Of a stretch of DNA of 64,000 nt, positions 55,561-64,000 are shown one piece after another. The notes under the pieces are model-generated. The model ran no database searches. It saw only the letters and a program-made list of their open reading frames with translations, and was not told the DNA's origin. Position 1 is the first letter of the stretch; every line of letters starts with the position of its first letter. This DNA comes from Eledone cirrhosa. Taxonomy: Eukaryota. The DNA is taken from positions 42,842,001 through 42,906,000 of the forward strand of contig OZ024747.1 of NCBI GenBank assembly GCA_964016885.1, written 5' to 3'. A program made the translations under genes and the position numbers.

Positions 55561-56833
55561 GAAGGACATTGAACAGCCATAAAAACCCAGCTGTTAGGTC
55601 TACTAACTCCCAAATATGAATCTGCTTATGAGCAAGGTATCACAGGGCCGATTAGCCAGACACCTCTCATAACAGGACCACCCAGTTACACACTGTCAAT
55701 GTGGTTGGTCTTAGGAAGGGTACTGGCCAAAATACAGTTCTATTTGTGTAGGGTACAGCGTGGTCAAATGACCAGACTTGTCTCATAGTGTGAATGACCT
55801 GTCTGACCATGCAAGTATGGAAAGTAAGACATTAAATGATGATGATGATATATTATATATATATATATATATGCATACATTTTATGTATATGTGTGTGTA
55901 TGTGTGCACGTTTATGTATATATAAATGTGTGTGTAGTGTGTATGTATATCTATATATATGCAGGTAATACTATTATCTCTATTTCATAAACGAATAATT
56001 TTTGTCCAAATTATAAAATTGGAAAAGAAAAAATTGAATGAACGAAAGCCAAACATAGAATAAAACGAAAAAAAGAAGCCATTGAAAGTTTTTCTATAGA
56101 ACTACAGACACAAGAAGTATTGAAATTAAATGGAGTGTATAGACTTGATTAATTAACTACCTTTATCCATTCAACAGAAATCACTGCATCTATTTTCTTA
56201 GGAATTAGAAATATATGAAAATAAATACATTTTCATCTTCCAATACATGTAATTCTCAATTACAAAATGCCGATATTAATCCAAAATGGAATCTATTTTC
56301 CAATAACATCTCTCAGCTTGGAATTCTGATTATAATTCTTATTTACAGAAATGTATTTTCAAACATTTTCAAATTGAATTACTGAAATAAAAAAAATGTA
56401 TATTTATATATATACATATAATATGTATACATGCACATGCACATGCACACATACATATAAGATACATGAAATCGAGTATGATTTGGTAGCATATACCATG
56501 CTTTCACTAAGTGTTTTAGGTGCACATGCAGTTGCAGGCAGACACAGATCCCCCCCCCCCCCACACACACACACCCACCTTGATCCAAAGGAACATTCAG
56601 GATGTGACAGCTGAAAGGAAAGAGGGCTGCACCAGCACTGAGCTGGTACTTTTTTTTATCAGCCCTCAAAAGATGAAAGGCAGAGAGGACCTCAGTGAGA
56701 TTTGAACATAGAGCACAGAAACCCAGAGCAAATGATGTTCTAATATCTCTGCCAATATGTGTGTGTGTTTGTCTATATATATATATATATTAATTCAAAA
56801 TATTAACAAAATAGATATTCTTGTGATCAATTA

Positions 56834-56899
56834 TATTTTATTATACATATTTCAGAGGTACTGGTTAAGTTGAACAGTACGTCCTCATCAGATAAAATA
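56834..56899 (-). ncRNA. Minimal type I hammerhead ribozyme motif
   Basis: TATTTTAT-CTGATGA-GGACGTACTG..CAGTACCTCT-GAAA-TATGTATA-ATAAAATA: perfect 8-bp stem I, long stem II and intact core. Confidence 0.85.
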
Positions 56900-57063
56900 A
56901 AATGATACATGACATACCCTGACATATTAGATGGTTAAGATTTAGTCATTTTGTTAATATTTTGAATTAATATTAATAACTCTGGAAAATCTTTTCTGTT
57001 GAGTGCTTCCAATCTATTGTAAAACTCATTCTTTGATGTATTCATTGAACCTTGTTTAACTTT

Positions 57064-57103
<40 letters not shown>

Positions 57104-57257
57104 TATTGAGTATATGTTGGTTGTTTACCGACACCTCAGTATGCAGAATGGAGCACTCGACAAAGTACGCAGGTTGGTTGGTTTACTCCAGAGTAATGTA
57201 AACTAATTAAGTCAAATATGTAAAATTTGTCTTCGTTTATTATAAATTATAGATATA

Positions 57258-57310
57258 CTGCTATATATATTTCGGTGACGGCCATCATTGGCTGTGACCT
57301 CTTCAGGCAG
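57258..57310 (-). ncRNA. Minimal type I hammerhead ribozyme motif
   Basis: CTGC-CTGAAGA-GGTCACAGCCA ATGA TGGCCGTCACC-GAAA-TATATATA-GCAG. Confidence 0.8.
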
Positions 57311-57661
57311 TCCGAATTGGTGTGGGAAAGACAGGTACACATGGCGTTGAAGTGTGTTTTACTCCAACTCTGAACAACTGGAATCATATGATTCCAGTTC
57401 CTCAGAAGAATAACAACACAACCATGAGCTGGACATATCGATGTATTAAACCTGCGGTTGAAGCAACTCACGGTCATCTTGCTTCCGCATGCCACTGGAC
57501 TCTAGTTGCAGATACTCAGAGAGTAGTACTCATATTGTACAAGTGTTTACTACTATAATATACTGTTGTACAGATGTCTATTACATCTTTCTTCGTCAAT
57601 CCTATTTCTGAAATACTGCAGTGATAGACGAATTGTAACATGTATGTATGTATGTATGTCA

Positions 57662-58270
57662 GGTCACTCTTAAGTGCTACTGGTAACATGTAACCCAGTT
57701 CAACCTGTCGCATGGTCGGGTCGTCGCCGACTAAGCCGGCAACCCCGCCAAGTTTACTTGGTGAGGAGGGTGATTCTGGACACCTTGCAGGACAAAAAAC
57801 AAAACCTGACAAAGGGCAGAAGAACTCATAAGGGTCAACGGTCATCCAAAGATGTGTAAATATGTATATACACATGTACATATGTATGTGTATATACACT
57901 GGTGCATGTGTGTGCATATGCGCAGGGACATAGAAATAGTTGGGCTGGACACCCGATTGCGCGGTTAAACCTCTGGGGGTGAAGAACCCCTAGCCTTTGT
58001 CAGGGCATTCTTCTGGGAGAAGGCAACTCAGGAAACTGGGATAACTCTGATATAAAACCTGCGGCTCAGTAGTTACCGATGATGTTGATCTTTTCTTCTT
58101 TTCAGGTTATAGCTACTGTAGCTCAGAGAGTGGGATTGGCTCAGTGCACAGTCTTTCCTAACTTTAAAAAATATGTTCACGCACAGGCATTGCACGATAG
58201 AATTAATTGATAATTATTAATAATGGTATATCGTGCAATGGCCATACTCGATAACGAGGGGGCAGTCATC
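57662..58270 (+). mobile_element. Non-autonomous bipartite RTE derivative
   Basis: 57820-58225 is homologous to the adjacent LINE 5'UTR (58330-58840); tail GTGCAATGGCCATACTCGATAACGAGGGGGCAG matches the LINE 3' end. Confidence 0.85.
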
Positions 58271-58329
58271 ATGTATGTATGTATGTATATAGTAGGTATG
58301 TGTGTATGGATGTATATATGTATGTATGT

Positions 58330-61300
58330 ATGGGCAGAAGAACTCATGAGACTCAACAGTCATTCAACAATGTGTATATATGTATATATTGTGTGGATGT
58401 GTAAATGTATATATATATAGGTGTGTGTGGGATTGATTGCGTGTATGTGTATATATATATTTTATTTTGATAGCATCTTATCTACATATTTTACCTAGTT
58501 ATTATTGCTCTGGGAAAACCTATGGCTGTATCATGCTCGGGGACATAGAAATAATCGGGCTGGATACCCAATTGCATGGTTAAACCACTGGGATTGAAGG
58601 ACCCCCTAGCCTTTGTCAGGGCATTCTTCTGGGAGAAGGCAACTCAGGAAACTCAGATGACTCCAACATAAAACCTGCGGCTCAGTAGTTTCCGATGTTG
58701 TTCATCTTCTCTTCTTTTCGGGTTATAGCTACTGTTACTCAGAGAGTGGGATTGGCTCAGTGCACAGTCTTTCCTCACTTTAAAAAAATCTTCACGCACA
58801 GGCATTGCATGATAACATTAATTAATAATTATTAATAATTGTTTCTACTTTTGGCACAAGGCCAGCAATTACCCAGTACATTACTGGTACTTTATTTTAT
58901 CGACCCCCGTAAGGATGAAAGACAAAGTTAACCTTGGCGGGATTGACTGGCTGTAGCCTTAAAAAGCAACTAATCAATGATGTCCCAAAACAGTATAAAA
59001 AATAAATGGCAATAAGGATCCACAGTTAAAGGGTCTGGCCCGGCAGTTGCTCGAGGGCATCATAGCCTGGACTCAGCTGTCATCATGCCACTGTGATAGA
59101 ACCAAATAAAAGTTGAATATTGGCTGTTGGAATGTATGGACACTGCTTGACAGTGATTCCTCAGAACATCCTCAATGAAGGACCGCTTTTGACATCATTG
59201 CTTTATCTGAGATGAGGTTAGCTGGAGATGGTCATCTTACAGAATTTTGTGGAAAATATACATTCTTTTGGAAAGGGAGAGATGAAGGAATTAGAAGAGA
59301 GGCTGGAGTACCATTTGCTGTTAAGACTGCTCTTGTGGATAAGTTGGAAGAATTCCCAGTGTGGATTAGTGAGCATCTTATGTCCATGAGAATTCCATTG
59401 GACAAAGGAAGGTATGTGACCCTAGTGAGAGTGTATGCTCCAACTATGATTTCTGTTGATGAGGAAAAAGTATCTTTCTACCATGCTTTGAAAGGTGTTA
59501 AAAGAAATATCCCTCAGGCAGACAAGGTCATCATGTTGGGTGACTTTAATGCTAGAGTGGGTAGGGATTTAACACATGGAATGTAATCGGGAGGCATGGG
59601 GTGGGAAATGTAACAGCAATGGTATGCTCCTGCTGCCGATATGTGAGGAGCTGGATCTGCGTGTAACCAACACCATGTTTCAGCAAGTGAATAAGTTTAA
59701 GAACATATGGATGCTCCTTGCACCTAAAGAATGGCATCTTCTGGACCACATCCTTGTCAGGGTGCATGACAGATGGGATGTACAGTGTGTTCGTGTTCTT
59801 CGTGGGGCTGAGTGTTGGATGGACTATTGCCTGGTACATGCAAAAGTGAAATTAACTACAGAATGTAAAATCCAGGCTGCTGGTGTTACCCTGCCTAAAA
59901 GACTGAATGTTGCTCATCTTAGGGATAATGGTGTGAAGAGGACATTGTGAAAAGAAATTAATGTTGCAGATATTGGTGAGGATTGGCCGACGCTTAAAAA
60001 GTCAATTTATGATGTAGGCAGGTGTGTTCTGGGATTGGTACAAAGAAAGCATCAAGACTGGTTTAAAGAAAATGATGAACATATAGATGAATTGTTGGCT
60101 GATAAGAGGCGTGCTCTGTCATGCTACTTTACAGCAAAGCCACAGGAGAAGAATATGTTGCATAAGGAACTCAAGGATGTGAAATCACGTGTGAGGCGAA
60201 GGCTCACTCAGACGAAGGATCAGTGGTGGAGTGAGAAGACTGATGAGATACAAGTGGCATCAGATTCCAATAACACAAAGCTATTGTACAGTCTCGTGCG
60301 TGAAGTTTATGGACCGTCTTCTTCTCTGGTGACAACGCTTCAAGGCAGGGATAGCAAGGAACTTCTTCATGACTCACAGGGAATTCTGCGAAGGTGGTGA
60401 GAGCACTTTGCTGGACTTTTGAATCAGCCGTCTGTCATCAATGAAGATTTCCTCAATCTCATTCCTGATAAACCTGTGGAAGTAGCTCTCGCAGAACCAC
60501 CAACGTTTGTGGAGGTTGCAGTAGTTATCTTGAAGCTGAACAGTGGAAGGTCTCAGGTATAGATGGCATACATGCAGAGCTCTTACAATATGGTGGTGAG
60601 AGACTTCTGCAACATCTTCACTCTTTGTTTGTCAGGATATGGGCTAGTGATCCGTCCCTGAGGACTAGAGAGATGCAGTAATGGTAGTCTTGTACAAGAG
60701 AAAAGGTAACAAGAATGATTGTGGAAACTATGGGGGTATATCATTGCTTTTTGTAGTAGGAACATTTTTTATGTAGGTCGCTTCTGGACCGTTTGCTGAT
60801 ACACATTGCAGATTGTGTTCTTTCTGAAAGTCAATCTGGTTTTCATGCTGATATGTTCGTCTCAGCCAGACAGGTCCGGGAGAAGTGCAGTGCATGGAAC
60901 AGGGTTTGGATCTGTATCAGGTTTTTGTTAATCGGACAAAAGCTTTCGATACTGTTAACAGAAATGCATTATGGAAGGTTCTCCAGAAACTTGGTTGCCC
61001 TGATAAGTTCCTTGCTTTGGTTAGGTCTTTTCACGATGATATGAAGTCTTGGGTTAATGTCAGAGGTAACATGTCAGAGCCTATCTCAGTGAAACAGGGG
61101 AATATTCCAGCACTGACCCTATTTGCCATAAACTTTGCGATGGTTTTCTATATTGCATTCAGGAATTGCAAGCATGGTGTTTACATCTACTATCAAACCT
61201 CTGACAGCATATTTAACATCAGGCACTTTGCTGCGAAAACAAAAGTATTTACCTCTATCATAAGAGACCTCTTGTATGCATAAGAGACCTCTTGATTGCA

Positions 61301-62512
61301 ATCTTGTAGCGTGCACAGAGATTGATATGCAGCACATTTTGAATGCATTTTCTGATGCTTGCACTGCCCTAGGATTGACTGTCAGTATCAAGAAAACCAT
61401 TGTCATGTACCAACCTGCCTCTGGTAAGCAGTACAGTGAGCCAAATATCTATGTGTATGGTAAAGGACTTGGAGTGGTTAATCAATTTGTCTACCTGGGA
61501 AGCACTGTCAATCAATACAACAATCTTGATAATGAAATTCCACTCAGGATTAGGAAAGCTAGAAAGGTGCCTCTGGGGTCGGCGAGACATATGTAAGAAG
61601 ACAAAGGTAAAGGTGTACAAGGCATGTGTGCTCTCTTCTCTTCTTTATGCCTGTGAGACCTGGGTCACATATCAACACCACCTTAAACAGTTGGAATGTT
61701 TCCATCAGATGTGTCTCAGACGGATCCATGGCAGTTACTGGAGGGACCACATTAGTGATGTTGAGATTTTAGAAAGCTCTCTATGTGAAAGCATAGAAGC
61801 TCATGTGTTTAAGCAAAGACTCCGATGGAGTGGTCACTTTGCCAGGATGAAGGATTCTAGAATACCAAAACAACTGTTTTATGTTGAGTTATTTAAAGGA
61901 AAATGATCTCCACATAAACTAAAGAAGAGGTATAAGGATTCCTTGAAAGCCCCCTTGAAAGACGCTAACATCTCTGCTGATACATGGGAAAGTGTAGCTG
62001 CTGATTGTAATAAATGGAGAAAACTGTACATGAGGAGAAAGTTGCTTTTGAAGCATCTCGAATTGCATACGAGAAAGTAAAAAGGGATGTCAGGAAAGGC
62101 ATTGCTGTTACATTTCCAGACAGCAAAGGTCCTCCTATGGTGCTGACATGCAGCGTCTGTGCAAGACTCTTCCCGAGCAAAGCTGGACTCAAAAGCTATC
62201 TTTGCAGGCATAAAGTGAGACCAGTGGTTGACTACCAGGCTGCTGTCAGAGATGCTGCTCATCATATCTGTCAAGCATGTGGAAGAGAGTGTATATCAGC
62301 AGGAGGGCTCAAACAACATGCAGAAGTGCATGAAGTCCAACCACAGCCAGCTATTGCCAGTGAATGATTTGGTTGCCAACCCAGTGCAAGACATTAGATC
62401 ATTGGCTCGGCTAAAAAGCCACATTCGATCGCAGAACCGTTAATTATTAATATATATGTATGTTCTTTTTTTTTGTGCAATGTCCATACTCGATAACGAG
62501 GGGGCAGCCATT
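58330..62512 (+). mobile_element. Decayed near-full-length BovB-like RTE LINE with C-terminal C2H2 fingers; SINE A inserted at about 58840-58945
   Basis: IGCWNV.TL, IIALSE.R, VYAPT, MLGDFNARVG, LLDHILV, KAFDTVNR, VKQG, LLYA, FVYLGS, LLYACETW, RLRWSGH, CxxC...H fingers; many frameshifts and stops. Confidence 0.9.
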
Positions 62513-64000
62513 ATATATATATATATATGTATGTGTGCTATTGCTTACTTCAAATTTCAATTCCATATCTAAAAGGATCTCACCCACACAATTACTGCCA
62601 ACTATAAAACTAGAAATGTAGATGTAATTATGCTGATAATGTTACTATAAAATAATAGATTTCTTCTAATATCTATCAAACTGTCAGTATTGGTATCTAC
62701 TCACCAATGTTCCACAGTGTCTGTGACAAAAATACTTTTCCTGCAACAGCTAAGCTTTTCCTATCTGTATGTACTGTATATAATTATTATTGTTGGTGTA
62801 GGCTCACACTTCTTCCTTTTTTCACAGAACCCTAGATACTCTTTTGTGGGACCCTTGGGTTCCACAAAACCCACTCTGGGAACCATTGGGTTAAACCATA
62901 CCTATGAGTAAAATTAGGTAGACAGGAACTGTTTGGAAGCCTGTTAGATTGACTGTACTTGTAATACAAAGAGACAGTCTCGTCACACACTGTGTGATGC
63001 TGAATCTTACTGAATTATATCATGGGTACATGTGTCTATGGAATGCTCAGCCACTTACACGTTAATTTCATGAGCTGGTTGTTTTGATGATTGAACAACT
63101 AGAACACTTATCATCAAAACTAACAAAAGTCCATTCCATAGAGAGAAAAACAATTTTAGTCGTAAACTAATATTGTTTTTTTCCTCATTGTCTTATTATT
63201 TTCAATTAGTTTTGTTTTTTGCTCTCTTCATTCAATATGTTAATACAAGCTTAACTTCTCTCTCCAATGGTTGCCATTTAATATTATCATACATATCATC
63301 ATTATCAATATTGTCTTAAGGATTATGTTCATCACCAATGTTTGATTGTCTGTTATTCCATCAAGTCATGAGTTGAATGTTTGTGTTGTATAACTAAATG
63401 TTACTCTTTTCAATCATGTCTCATCCTTTGTCAGTAAGGTGTGAATTTAAGAGATCCTAAACCCATCAAGGTAGGGGTGAGGATATTATCATCACCATCA
63501 TCATCATTGTCATCATTGTGGTTTTTACATTTGCTTTCCACACTGGCAGGAGTGGGGATATATTTCATTAAGAAAAGAACAAAAGCTTTTTAAAATTTGA
63601 TAAATTTGGTTAATAATTTAGTAATATCAAATAAATTTAATGATATTTAATAAATTTAATCAGACAAATTAATAAAACCTTTATTAGATTAACAAAACAA
63701 ATTATTTGATAATTAAAAACGTTAGTTAATCAATTTAAAAAAAAACTTTTTCCGAATTTTAAAAGGGATTCTAATCTTAAAATGATGTTTGCTAATAATT
63801 CAAGAAGGGGAGTGGAGTACATGACTGGTACTATATTTTATCGACCTGACCGGATGAAAGGCAGAGTGGACCTTGGTGGTCCTCAGAACATAAAAAATTT
63901 CAATAAATATTGCTAAACATTTCACTGAAGCTCAGACAACTTTGCCAATCAACTGCCTATTTGTAATCTTACAATGAAATTACTTATGACAAAAATAAGA

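Noticed and set aside
57662-57830. HDV-like or twister ribozyme call
   Set aside because: No UCC-type L3/P1.1 or twister GGUCCCAAGCCC motif could be fitted; kept only as an unclassified structure.

Overview
Eukaryotic, AT-rich, microsatellite-dense and transposon-dominated DNA. The repeat types ((TA)n/(CAT)n tracts, tRNA-derived SINEs, RTE LINEs) suggest a coleoid cephalopod such as Octopus; this is inference. I recognise one host coding exon: a minus-strand OCRL/INPP5B-type RhoGAP-domain exon (about 4403-4609). It ends in a U12-type ATATCCTTT donor and abuts a perfect 63-bp-arm palindrome. The rest is mobile DNA: a nearly intact RTE LINE with an internal PHD-like finger nested in a 6.4-kb TSD-flanked hAT element, a decayed BovB-like RTE with C-terminal C2H2 fingers plus internally deleted derivatives, two Penelope-like elements, fragments of Chapaev3, mariner/Tc1, CRE, R4/Dong and Academ-like elements, piggyBac and hAT MITEs, many SINEs and a SINE-derived 54-bp minisatellite. 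Reading by eye also gave five minimal hammerhead ribozyme motifs; two are close together at 56.8-57.3 kb with no clear Penelope ORF beside them. All family assignments come from recalled motifs, not database searches, and TE boundaries are approximate unless a TSD is quoted.
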